Source: Bryobacteraceae bacterium
GTDB lineage: Bacteria; Acidobacteriota; Terriglobia; Bryobacterales; Bryobacteraceae
Assembly (NCBI GenBank): GCA_965219105.1
Contig: OZ244728.1
Coordinates: forward strand, 3,834,180-3,898,179
DNA length: 64,000 nucleotides
Reading direction: 5' to 3'
Part shown: positions 48,639-57,839 of the stretch, in pieces
Position numbering within the stretch: the stretch's first letter is position 1
How the letters are laid out: each line of letters begins with the position of its first letter
Notes under the pieces: generated by a model
Seen by the model: only the letters and a program-made list of their open reading frames with translations
What the model was told of the DNA's origin: nothing
Database searches by the model: none
Translations under genes and position numbers: made by a program

Positions 48639-49270
48639 TTCAGCCGAAAGAATAACAGGCCCCGCTTATTTTCCTTACCCTAGAGGCTCAACTCTTCTCT
48701 AAAGAACTGCGCCTGGCGACGCGACACTTCCAGCTTCTGACCGCCTCTCAAGGTGAGTTCCAGCCCTCCTGAAACTGCTGGCGCCGCTTCGGTGATCCAT
48801 TGCAGGTTTACGATTTGACTGCGGTTTGCACGAAAAAAGATGGCGGGGTCTAAGCGAGATTCCAGATAGTTGAGTGTTTTGAGAACAAGAGGCCGCTCGG
48901 CTCCGAAGTAAACGGTTGTATAGTTGCCTGAAACTTCGAAGAGCCGAACGTCCTTGAGGGCGACGAACCAGCACTTCTCGCCGTCGCGCACGAACACACG
49001 ATCGGCAGGCCCGAGCCGGTCAGGACGTTTGGCTGCCCCGGCCTTGCTTAGTTCAAGTATTCGTCGTGCCCGTTCAAGAGATAGCGCCAAACGGAAAGGC
49101 TCTACAGGCTTTACTAAATAGTCCAGCGCATTTTGTTCAAACGCTCGAACTGCGAACTCGCTGTAGGCGGTGCAAAAGATCACCAGCGGCGCGCGATCCA
49201 GGCTTTCGAGCAGATCGAAGCCGTCCCGCCCCGGCATTTGTATGTCCAAAAACATGAGATCCGGCGAACA
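48291..49270. repeat. Direct repeat copy A (980 bp): pyrE 5' part, spacer, LytTR regulator 3' part
   Basis: Collinear with 58959-59938 at a constant offset of 10668. I found only two mismatches (48374 and 48378). Confidence 0.9.
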
Positions 49271-49321
49271 GTTTCTGATGAGGGTGACGGCTTGTCGGCT
49301 GCGGCGAAGGCGGGTCTTCAT
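48680..49321 (-). pseudogene. LytTR response regulator, N-terminally truncated duplicate
   Basis: Identical to residues 46-240 of the 59348-60070 protein. The first ~30 receiver-domain codons (including the acidic pocket 'ILIEDS') are absent and replaced by the unrelated 'MKTRLRRS'. Confidence 0.7.
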
Positions 49322-49356
49322 CTTGATCGTAGTGTCTCCAGTTCAGAGTGCTGTTC

Positions 49357-49394
49357 GGGGCTTTGGTTGAGTGGATTTCCGCGTCACGTGATGT
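49357..49394 (+). repeat. Candidate Tn3-family 38-bp terminal inverted repeat (outer GGGG end facing left)
   Basis: GGGGCTTTGGTTGAGTGGATTTCCGCGTCACGTGATGT compared with the Tn3 IR as I remember it (GGGGTCTGACGCTCAGTGGAACGAAAACTCACGTTAAG). GGGG, AGTGGA and TCACGT line up with one 1-nt gap, about 22 of 37 positions. Confidence 0.3.
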
Positions 49395-49404
49395 TGTTTC
49401 GGCC

Positions 49405-49824
49405 TCACAGGCCCTTGATAGCACGTTCTGTTTTGTCGAAATCCTGCTGGCTAATCTTGAACGTGCCTCTCCGGAATGCCATCCCCCAGCTGCTGCGACC
49501 TTGCGTAAACGACAGTTCTTCAAGCAGCGAATGGATTGAGGCTTCCTTTACGTCAAGGTAGTGCACCTTCCGGCGGAATGGATGAACAGCGTTGTCCTGC
49601 CTGACCTGGAAGGGAGCATCATCGAGAATCTGTCCTAAGGCAGTGAAGGCCTGCACCGGTTTCCCGCCGCCAAGCCGCTCACGCGGTGAGTAGAAAACCA
49701 GGTGGTCGCCGCGTTTGAGTTTCCGGACGGGACCTTGCTTGCCGTGACTGAGCTGGCAAAAGGCTCCCTCCACCGCTGCCCGTACATGTTCACGGCTTGC
49801 GACACCAACCCAGTAGCTCTCCAC
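49405..49824 (-). CDS. EVE (PUA-like) domain protein
   Basis: 139 aa. 'YWVGVASREHV...GDHLVFYSP' resembles stand-alone EVE/DUF55 proteins. Confidence 0.55.
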   Translation of the reverse strand: MESYWVGVASREHVRAAVEGAFCQLSHGKQGPVRKLKRGDHLVFYSPRERLGGGKPVQAFTALGQILDDAPFQVRQDNAVHPFRRKVHYLDVKEASIHSLLEELSFTQGRSSWGMAFRRGTFKISQQDFDKTERAIKGL

Positions 49825-49910
49825 GGTTTTTAACCGGCAAGCACGACATCCCGAAGTTCGTAATCAACCGGATCGAAGGACGTGGCCAAGGACGCCGCTT
49901 TTTTCATATG

Positions 49911-50195
49911 TTATTGGACGTCGGGCTTCTTGCTCATGGCCTGATAGTCCTCCTTTGCTCTCCACTGTGCATAGTTGATCACCCTGCGCCGGTCCAAGCT
50001 CATGTGAAGACTCGCGGAGATGAAGCCCGGTTCGTAACGGAAGATGTCTTGCGTAGCGGTCTTGAGCACCTCCAGAAGACGCTCCGCGTTCTCCGGCTCC
50101 ACCATGAACGTATTGATGAAGGTGAGGTAACCGCCTTGCGGGTCGAGTGTGACGCCGGGAGTGGGGGACGGGGACGTGCGAGATGATGTTGTCAT
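49911..50195 (-). CDS. Antibiotic biosynthesis monooxygenase (ABM) family protein
   Basis: 'LTFINTFMVEPENAERLLEVL...INYAQWRAKEDYQAM' is ABM-like. The start is uncertain (50195, 50207 or 50243). Confidence 0.6.
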   Translation of the reverse strand: MTTSSRTSPSPTPGVTLDPQGGYLTFINTFMVEPENAERLLEVLKTATQDIFRYEPGFISASLHMSLDRRRVINYAQWRAKEDYQAMSKKPDVQ

Positions 50196-50231
50196 GGACC
50201 AGATCATAATATAAGGAGCCTTATATGTCAA

Positions 50232-50693
50232 ATGAGCGTGCATGAAGGAAAGCGGAACGAAAGAACACCCACAAGCGCATCGATTGGCCTAGTGCTGAAA
50301 GGTGCACAGCACGCACTGCGATTGATGATGGACAAACAACTTGAATCTCTTGGCCTTACCACGCCCCAGTACAACGTTCTCGCCGCAGTGCAGTCAGAAC
50401 CCGGCATCTCCAATGCCACACTTGCCCGCGCCGCCTTCGTTACAGCTCAGAGCATGGTGGGGATCGTGGTCAACCTGGAGCGCGAAGGTTTGCTCCGCCG
50501 GGAAGCTCACCCTACACATGGACGAATCCGGCGAAGCGAGCTGACCGAGAGGGGCAAAGAAGTTGTGGATAGTGCCCATGTCCTACTTAGCGGCGTCGAG
50601 GCCAGGATGACCGCAGGCTTCAGCGGGCGCGAGATCAAGACTCTTGAGCTTCTACTGCGTCGCAGCACTGAAAACATGCGTGCGCGGCGATAG
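50232..50693 (+). CDS. MarR-family transcriptional regulator
   Basis: 'LGLTTPQYNVLAAV...SNATLARAAFVTAQSMVGIVVNLEREGLLRR'. Confidence 0.8.
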   Translation: MSVHEGKRNERTPTSASIGLVLKGAQHALRLMMDKQLESLGLTTPQYNVLAAVQSEPGISNATLARAAFVTAQSMVGIVVNLEREGLLRREAHPTHGRIRRSELTERGKEVVDSAHVLLSGVEARMTAGFSGREIKTLELLLRRSTENMRARR

Positions 50694-50792
50694 CAGCCGC
50701 ACTGTTTCGCATCACTGTCGCGACCTGTTTAGGCGCCATCTTCCGCGATGATCGCTGAGCGCATCGCGCACGCTGCCCGTAATGGCATGTGA

Positions 50793-51795
50793 CTAATTCT
50801 CTTCCAGGATTGCCATAGCTAGGGCATGCTCGGGCTGCCATCCCTCCACCGACTGAACTGCCAGCTTTTGCCACTGTAACCCTTCGTTTTCCGATCTGTA
50901 GACTGCGCCCTCAGCAGAACAGTAGAAAACTTTGGATTCAATATCGCTGGCTGCCAAGACCGGGATGCGCACTCCCCGGGGCTGAGGCAAACCGTTCTGT
51001 ACTCGTTGCCACGAATCACTTCCGGTACGCCGATAAACGGTGGAATTAGCTGAAGCTTTGAAATGCGCCTCGTACGCGCTCTTTGCAGCTGAAAGCAATA
51101 AGAGTCGGCGGATCTCCCCGGCTGGCAGCGATGCTCCAGCAATAGCCATGCTCTAGGCCATCGTCTCTGCGTCGCCAGCTCTCGCCGCCATCCAGGCTTT
51201 CGAAGTATCCGTCGCCAGCGGCGGAGAATAGCTGGGTGGGACTCTGTGGATGAACGGCAAGGGCATGGGTATCTCTAGGGCTGCTCGGACGCCGGTCCCG
51301 CCAGGTAGCCCCTGCATCGTCGCTTTGAAGCAGCGCTCCGGCTTCGATGGCAACATGCAAGCGATCCGGCATCGCCAGATCTGGAAGTATTGACTGGACG
51401 TGATGCGTCTCTGGCCGTGGCGGAAAACTCCATTCTCCTGCTGACGGCAGGTTGGATAGTGTCTCGAGTGCACGCCACCTTTCACATCCGTCATCGGAGC
51501 AATAGATGGCGCTCAACTCTGTCCCTGCGTAAAGGATGCCCGAGCGACAGGCGGCAAGCGCCGTTACGTTAGGTTCAGCAAGGCCCAGACACGGCTTCCA
51601 AGTAGCGCCACCATCGTCACTTTTAAACATGCCGTCGCCTAACGTTCCACAATAAGCAACGCGCCTCTGATGACGGTCAATGGCTACACACTGAACCTGC
51701 TTACCCACGAGAAGAGTTTCGCCGCGCCAGTTGCTCCCGGCACCTGCGATCACTGCTAGGCCAGAAGGCGTAGCCAAAAAGATTGTCGTCTTCAT
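50793..51795 (-). pseudogene. BNR/Asp-box beta-propeller protein, frameshifted
   Basis: Repeated 'SDDGGATW', 'SDDAGATW' and 'SLDGGESW' Asp-boxes. The reading frame switches between ORFs 51046-51795 and 50793-51149, which overlap near 51080. Confidence 0.6.
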
Positions 51796-51974
51796 TCAAG
51801 CACCTCCTGTCTTGGTGTACAAAAATGGTGCAGCCCGAAAGTTGATTATGAACGGTGGTGTCGCTTCCTTCCGCTCACCTGCCGAGCAAACGCTCGGCAG
51901 GTGAGAAGAGCCATCCGGTCGCATGAATGCCGTCGGACCATAGACCGGCGCTACTGTCTGATTCGACGAAGAAC

Positions 51975-52838
51975 TCACGCGCTGAAGAAGTCCCCAAGCG
52001 CCTGGGCGACGAACGCCGGGTTTTCATCGCCGATCCAGTGTCCGGCTTCGGGGATTACCTTAGTGGTTACGTCAATGCCTACGGGTTTCCAGGCAGCGTC
52101 GACAAACGGCCCGATCGACGCCTCGCCAGCCATCGCCAAGACCGGCATGGTCAGCGGCTTCTTGTGAAGGATGGCAAAATCCTCGGCATCCTTCCAGACC
52201 GCGGCATAGTAGTTGATGCCAGCACGGAGGGCGCCGGGTTTCGAGATCTCCCGGGCATAGGCTTCGAAGTGCTCGGCACTCAGGTGGACATTGCCAGAGT
52301 AAGCAATGTGATAGAACCACCACGACAGCATCTCGCGCTCCTTGCCGCGGATCAGGAACTCGGCTGCATCCGGCACCGTGAACAGCGAGAGATGCCAGTT
52401 TGAGTTGAGGGACCAATCCTTGGTCGGCGCCATGTTCTGCTCGTATCCAAAGCTCGGCAGCGCGAACTCAATGAACGCGACTCGCTCCACCCGGTCGGGG
52501 TAGTCTCGCGCGAAGGCCGCCGCGGTGCGCGCTCCGAGATCATATCCAGCAATGAAAGCCTTTTCGACGCCGATAGCATCGAGCAAACCCTTTAAGTCTG
52601 AAGCCATCGTGGTTCCGTCGTACCCGTCGGCGGTAATCGACGACATGCCCACTCCTCGCTGGTCGAGTGCGATGACGGTGAACCGTTCCGCAAGAAGAGG
52701 ACCTATCGCGTGCCACATCAGCGAATGCTGGGGAAAGCCATGGAGAAGCACGACAACTGGTCCCGTTCCCGAGGTCCGGTAGTGGAGGTTGACGAGGCCG
52801 ACCTGAATCCGCCTGCTGCTCCAATTCTTGAATTCCAT
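51975..52838 (-). CDS. Alpha/beta hydrolase, epoxide hydrolase/haloalkane dehalogenase-like
   Basis: 'VVLLHGFPQHSLMW' and an Asp-nucleophile elbow 'IAGYDLGA'. Confidence 0.75.
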   Translation of the reverse strand: MEFKNWSSRRIQVGLVNLHYRTSGTGPVVVLLHGFPQHSLMWHAIGPLLAERFTVIALDQRGVGMSSITADGYDGTTMASDLKGLLDAIGVEKAFIAGYDLGARTAAAFARDYPDRVERVAFIEFALPSFGYEQNMAPTKDWSLNSNWHLSLFTVPDAAEFLIRGKEREMLSWWFYHIAYSGNVHLSAEHFEAYAREISKPGALRAGINYYAAVWKDAEDFAILHKKPLTMPVLAMAGEASIGPFVDAAWKPVGIDVTTKVIPEAGHWIGDENPAFVAQALGDFFSA

Positions 52839-52903
52839 TTTATTTACTCCCTTAGCGCATCAGCGATGCTCATTCTTGATAACTTATCGGCTGCGTCTGG
52901 AGG

Positions 52904-53254
52904 TCAGGCGGGCCGGAAAACGAAATTCTCCTGCGACACGATGAAATCGCAGTGTTCCAGGTCGATGAAACTCGCCTCGTCTGGCCGGATCACTTTCATA
53001 TACTCGGCGTCGGAGAAGAGCGTTCCGATCGCTTCGACGTCGTCGAACCAAAGCTCGGTGATGCCGTCATACTTCGGCGGTGGCATGCCTGGCAACTCGA
53101 CAGGCAGCGCGTGCTGCTGGACGTAGCGGCGCACAGTGTCCTTGACGACCGGCACCGACATGAACAGCGCCGCGTGCGAGTTGCGGTGGTAATCGACGAA
53201 CTGCTCGTGCGTGAGTGAAGCTTTTCGCTTTAGCAGAATGCTGAACTTGATCAT
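52904..53254 (-). CDS. EthD domain protein
   Basis: 116 aa. 'MIKFSILLKRKASLTHEQFVDYHRNSHAALF' is typical of the EthD family. Confidence 0.65.
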   Translation of the reverse strand: MIKFSILLKRKASLTHEQFVDYHRNSHAALFMSVPVVKDTVRRYVQQHALPVELPGMPPPKYDGITELWFDDVEAIGTLFSDAEYMKVIRPDEASFIDLEHCDFIVSQENFVFRPA

Positions 53255-53586
53255 GACAGCTCCTTTGCTGATGGCCGAGCGTGGCAGGATATTCGAGCCC
53301 GCTCCCCAGATTTGTCGTTGTTGGTTGCGGCTGCATAGTTACTATGGGTCGCTGGTAATTTGAACTGAGGCGCTTTCAGCTCCCTCAAAAACATCTTCTG
53401 GCTTTGCGAGCTCTCCTTCACGTCATGTTGCACCTGCTACTTTCCCTCGATTTCTGGCTGCGGCCACCGTGCAGACATGCTGAATGCAAATTCCTCAACC
53501 CTTTCAGAGCCTCGCAACAACTCGGCATTCCTGCGCCGAGTCACTCCAGATAGAGTGCCCGGTACGATTTCGAATCGAGTGCCCAT

Positions 53587-53871
53587 TTAGCACACGATGA
53601 CGTCTGTGAGCAGAACGGCTGCGATGGCGAGAGCGGCAATACGCACGCGATGTCTCTTGTCCCAAATCCGATGAATCCGCTGGCAATCAGCAGCACCTTC
53701 GGCGACGCGACTATTCATGAAGTCGGCGATTCCATCCTCCACATCGGCCGGAAGAACGCTCCTCCGTGCTGACAACTCTCGTACCATCGCTCTAACCGGC
53801 ACATCCATGGGCGCAAGCCGCTTAAGAATCTCTCTTCCGTTGTTTCCGGTCGCGCCTGTAGTAAGAATCAG
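53587..53871 (-). pseudogene. NmrA/SDR-like NAD(P)-binding protein fragment
   Basis: 'LILTTGATGNNGREILKRL...VRAMVRE' is a Rossmann N-terminus with no start codon. It terminates after about 95 codons, and about 330 bp of non-coding-looking sequence follows. Confidence 0.35.
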
Positions 53872-53913
53872 GGATTGGTTTCCTCAAAGATGAATCGTTA
53901 GCCCGTTCGTATT

Positions 53914-55191
53914 TCACGGCTTACCTGCAAGAACATCATCGATCCATGCGTAGACTATGTCCTCCGCACCGGGATTGCCCATGTGTTGGCGATTTCCTCT
54001 TGTTACAAGATCCTTCTGATCGCCTCTGGTCGCGACAATAACGCTGTCTTCGATGGGAAAGATCGAGTCTTCCGTGCCGTTGATGATCAAAAGCTTGCAA
54101 CTTGGTTGATCCAGTATTCCTGTCTCCAAAAGACTGAACTTGAGCGCCTGCCGTGAGTAGGTACCGACAGGATCGAAATCGCGGTAGCCAAACTTATAGG
54201 CAAGAGCTTCGGCGAGAGCGAAAGGATACTCCATCTGGTTCTGTGCGCGAATCCACTCGGGAGCGAACATGTAGTGGCAACCGCCGCCTTGCGCCACAGC
54301 GGCAAACAACCGGTCCGCGTGCGTGTGAGCAATCCGCATTGCATAGTATCCGCCCGTACTGATTCCACGTGCGACTATCTTGCGTAAGTCAAAGCCATAC
54401 TGCAAAGCGTTTGCCGCGACCCAATCCAAGACGCTAGACATGAGGCGGTCCGGAGAAGACGGATCGTTGGGTGATGCTGGGCAATCACCCGTGCCTGGAA
54501 TTTCGAAACTGAGGGTTACAAACCCACGGTCCACATGTTCCTGTGTACGTGGCGTATGGTCAGTCTTAAGCGTCGAGGCCGCAGATGAACAAAAGTACGG
54601 GCCAGCCCTCTTTAGGTTTGTCTTGCTCAGGTATTCTCAAGTAGGCCTGAATGTTAGAAACGGAGTCCCCGGCGAAAGATCTGCGTGCGCAAACGGCACT
54701 TCGACCTTCACGCTAGCGGGACAGAGGTACTGTCCCGCTTTCTCATACGCCGATTTTCCGCGCTCCCAAGCTTCCTCGCTAACCGGAGATCGATTGATTG
54801 GAAATCTTGCTATCCGGTAGACTGCGGCGGCTCGCAGGAACAGGTCTCGAGCGCGCGATGTGTCCCCAATCGCTTCCGCCTGTTCAGCAAGCACGACCAG
54901 GCTCTCTCCGATTGAAAAGAACGGCTTCGCATAATCGTCCGGACGGTAGAGAATGTCAGAACTGTCTTTAGACAAACGCACAAGTTCACCGAAGACTGGA
55001 TCAAAGTCTTCGACATTCGCGTCTGTGAATGGATAAATTCCATGCTGGCAGGCCGGTCGCCACTTGTCAGACCAAAGCTGCGAAACGGACTCGTGATACG
55101 CGAAATATGGAAAGCCGTTCCGTAGGTCAGCCGCCGTCGATTGAACGTGATATGGAGGCGAAACGATCGAAGTTGTTCTGTTCATAGCCAC
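53914..55191 (-). pseudogene. Alpha/beta hydrolase of the FrsA/DUF1100 type, two frameshifts
   Basis: The N-terminal ORF is 54637-55191 and the C-terminal ORF is 53914-54534 (nucleophile 'GISTGGYYA'). The bridging segment reads 'AYLRIPEQDKPKEGWPVLLFICGLD' in a third frame. Confidence 0.6.
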
Positions 55192-55205
55192 GTTGACTTA
55201 CGGAT

Positions 55206-55736
55206 TCAAGCCTCTTTTAGCATCTCGGTTTTGTATTTCGGGGCAAGTGCCTGGGCCTTCTGCATGAATTCCGCTTGCTGCTTTTCGTCCAGCTTCGGAG
55301 GAGGAGTCGTACGAGTGGCGACCGGGATGCCGACCTCGATAAAGAATTTCTCCTGGCCCGAAGGGGAGCAGATACACAGCAGGCGGACCGGTTTGGACGA
55401 GGTGTTACGGAACTGGTGAGGGGCATTACGGGGAACATTCACGCTATCGCCGGCACGAACGGTGGATTTGTCTCCTCGGAAAGTCGCTTCAATCTCACCT
55501 TCCAGGAGTATGAACGTTTCCTCAAAAGCATGACGGTGCGGGGGAGGACCACCCCCGGGCGGAATGTGCATGTCGATCACGCAGAACTGTCCGGCCGTAT
55601 CATCTCCGTTTATTGTTATCGTGTATGTGTCTCCCACCAAACCTATATGCGGAAGAGATTGGTCTCTGTCGGGACTGGCGGTCGCGAGTTTGCGTTTCAG
55701 GTCGTCGGGCTGTAGCGGCGGTGTCGTTTGGGGCAT
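55206..55736 (-). CDS. Cupin domain protein
   Basis: 'PPHRHAFEETFILLEGE' and 'VNVPRNAPHQFRN'. ATG at 55736. Confidence 0.75.
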   Translation of the reverse strand: MPQTTPPLQPDDLKRKLATASPDRDQSLPHIGLVGDTYTITINGDDTAGQFCVIDMHIPPGGGPPPHRHAFEETFILLEGEIEATFRGDKSTVRAGDSVNVPRNAPHQFRNTSSKPVRLLCICSPSGQEKFFIEVGIPVATRTTPPPKLDEKQQAEFMQKAQALAPKYKTEMLKEA

Positions 55737-55749
55737 TGCTATTCTCCTT

Positions 55750-56331
55750 CTAAACTGTTGTTTTCCACTCGAGAAATTGTCGGCGTTGAGATGCACGATG
55801 AGGTGCTCGGTAATCGCAACAAGCGTGGAAGGCATCTGAACTACCTGCCTTGTTCGCAGCGAGAGCTTCTCGTCGCGAAACGTCGCCTCGATTCAAGATC
55901 AGGAAAGCAAAAGCTATGGTGAGGAGCACAACCCGCCAGCGGTGAAGCAGGTCCCATCTCCTCCGAAATGTCTTCCAATCAGCAGGTGGGGTGACCTCCT
56001 GCCAGGACGAAATACGGTTGTTAATCGGCACCAAAGCAGTAAGCGAAAACAAGATCGCCAAAGCCCACAACGTGGCCGACGTAACAACCCAGATCGGAAA
56101 GCGGCCGGATCGGTGCCACTGGATGTAGGCCTCAGCTAAGGTAAGCAAGAACACAAGGCCGTACCAAAATGGCGTAAATTTACCTAGCACGCGGGCTAGG
56201 GCGCTTGCCACTGGCAGATGAACATTGTCTGGAAGCCGATTCAGAGTTGGGTGAACAAAAGCGGCGATGGCCAGTTCACTTCCAACCATCAATCCAGCTA
56301 CGATAATCGCGATGAGATCCAAGGCTTCCAT
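55750..56331 (-). CDS. DUF1772 (anthrone-oxygenase-like) membrane protein
   Basis: Start 'MEALDLIAIIVAGLMVGSELAIAAFVHP'. Four hydrophobic segments. The long 5' extension of ORF 55750-56712 overlaps the next gene and is Arg/His-rich. Confidence 0.55.
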   Translation of the reverse strand: MEALDLIAIIVAGLMVGSELAIAAFVHPTLNRLPDNVHLPVASALARVLGKFTPFWYGLVFLLTLAEAYIQWHRSGRFPIWVVTSATLWALAILFSLTALVPINNRISSWQEVTPPADWKTFRRRWDLLHRWRVVLLTIAFAFLILNRGDVSRREALAANKAGSSDAFHACCDYRAPHRASQRRQFLEWKTTV

Positions 56332-56357
56332 CGTCAACTCCTTGATAAGCGGGCAAG

Positions 56358-56771
56358 TTATGGTTTCTTCCTCTTCAGAAGAAACGCAGCAACGATCATC
56401 ATGTAAAGCGCAGTTCCCCAGTGGATATAGATGGGCGGCGCAAAGCCGAGATGTCTCAGAATGACCAAGCCATCGCAAAACGGGATGAAAATTGCTATGG
56501 CGAAGATGATCGCGGTGCTGCGCCGGTCTCCTCTCCAGAGGAATGACAGGACTGCCAACCCCGAAAAGATGTCGCGAATTCCCTTGATCCACATGAAAGG
56601 GAAAGCAGCGGGATCGTGAATCGGAATGCCGTACGCTGTCGAGGCCCCAACTGGGTTGAGTATGAAGTTGATGCCGGTGCCGATAATCGCGACCGGAATC
56701 ACGAGAGTGCACCAGAAAAGCAGCGAATTCTTTCTCAGAGTTGGATTGTCTAAGCTCGTTATCGTATTCAT
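56358..56771 (-). CDS. DUF4267 membrane protein
   Basis: 137 aa with four TM-like segments. 'GINFILNPVGASTAYGIP...KGIRDIFSGL' matches my memory of DUF4267. Confidence 0.5.
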   Translation of the reverse strand: MNTITSLDNPTLRKNSLLFWCTLVIPVAIIGTGINFILNPVGASTAYGIPIHDPAAFPFMWIKGIRDIFSGLAVLSFLWRGDRRSTAIIFAIAIFIPFCDGLVILRHLGFAPPIYIHWGTALYMMIVAAFLLKRKKP

Positions 56772-56789
56772 TCGTTTTGTCTGTTCCCG

Positions 56790-57197
56790 TTACTTGAGCG
56801 GAGAACTTCTGGTGGGTATGAGAACCGTCGATTCAACGCCAACGATATCGGAAAGATTAAAGTCCCTGGTGTCACTAGCAAATTCAGCGCTTCCCATGTA
56901 ACGCTGAGCGACCTCGCCGGGATCTTCACCCGCTGCATAAGAGGCCAGCACGAAGAGCCGCGGCTCAACATCTTCCTTGGCCGTCCAGAAGCCGTGGGCC
57001 TCAATCCCGAACAGCGGAAAGCTGTTGAGATGACGGGGATAAATTTGCTCCATGTAGAAATTGAGCGCCTCTTTCGTGCGCAGCTTGTACACGCGAAGTT
57101 CAAAAGGTTCGCAATGTCGTCTCCTCCGCTCCGGATAAAAATATATCACAACTAGTAACACTAGCAATGCTATAGTCGATTCAAAAGCATTTGACAA
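56790..57197 (-). CDS. NIPSNAP-family protein
   Basis: 'FELRVYKLRTKEALNFYMEQ...GIEAHGFWTA' is NIPSNAP-like. The N-terminal ~25 residues and the start codon are doubtful. Confidence 0.5.
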   Translation of the reverse strand: MSNAFESTIALLVLLVVIYFYPERRRRHCEPFELRVYKLRTKEALNFYMEQIYPRHLNSFPLFGIEAHGFWTAKEDVEPRLFVLASYAAGEDPGEVAQRYMGSAEFASDTRDFNLSDIVGVESTVLIPTRSSPLK

Positions 57198-57236
57198 AGA
57201 TTTAGCAGTTGAAAATCCTGTAGTTCTAGCAGCGCT

Positions 57237-57839
57237 ATGCTTTCTGTCATGGCGAAGACGCTGTCGGCCAACCGAATTGCGGAACGAAAACTGCGGGACA
57301 AGGAGGCCCGCCGAGCACAGATTATCAATGCGGCACGGAGAATCGCGGAGCTTGAGGGCTGGTCTAACGTGACTGTTCGGCGGCTGTCCGACGAAATCTC
57401 ATACAGCCAACCGGTCTTGTACGCGCATTTTGAAAGCCGCGAAAGAATTCTCGCCGCAGTTGCTATTGAAGCTTTCCAGGAGATCGGCCTGGCCTTGGAG
57501 AAGGCACGGAAACGGCCTAAGCGTGGAAATCTAGTCGAATCGGTTGCGGACGCATACTTGGAATTTGCCGCTTCTTCACCAGCACTGTACGAAGTGATGT
57601 TTTCGCTCAGCCTGAGCGTACCATTCGATGACCCAGCTACTCCTCGGGAGCTGCGATTCGCGTTTGCCCAACTTCTGGAGTTGTTTGAGGGACAGGGCTC
57701 GAAATCGCTGGTTTTATCAGAAGTGTTCTGGGCGGCCCTTCACGGTGTCGCCGAGCTCACAAGGACCAAGCGATTTCCGCCCAGCCGTCAGAGAGCGCGC
57801 GTGAGGGCGCTCGTCGAGCTCTTCACTTTCCCAGGATGA
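57237..57839 (+). CDS. TetR/AcrR-family transcriptional regulator
   Basis: HTH 'VTVRRLSDEISYSQPVLYAHF'. Divergent from the NIPSNAP-to-hydrolase gene array. Confidence 0.85.
   Translation: MLSVMAKTLSANRIAERKLRDKEARRAQIINAARRIAELEGWSNVTVRRLSDEISYSQPVLYAHFESRERILAAVAIEAFQEIGLALEKARKRPKRGNLVESVADAYLEFAASSPALYEVMFSLSLSVPFDDPATPRELRFAFAQLLELFEGQGSKSLVLSEVFWAALHGVAELTRTKRFPPSRQRARVRALVELFTFPG

Noticed and set aside
55750-56712. Full 320-aa version of the ORF containing the DUF1772 gene.
   Set aside because: The first 127 codons are His/Arg/Ser-rich and overlap the DUF4267 gene on the same strand in another frame. The hydrophobic DUF1772-like protein starts at the ATG at 56331.
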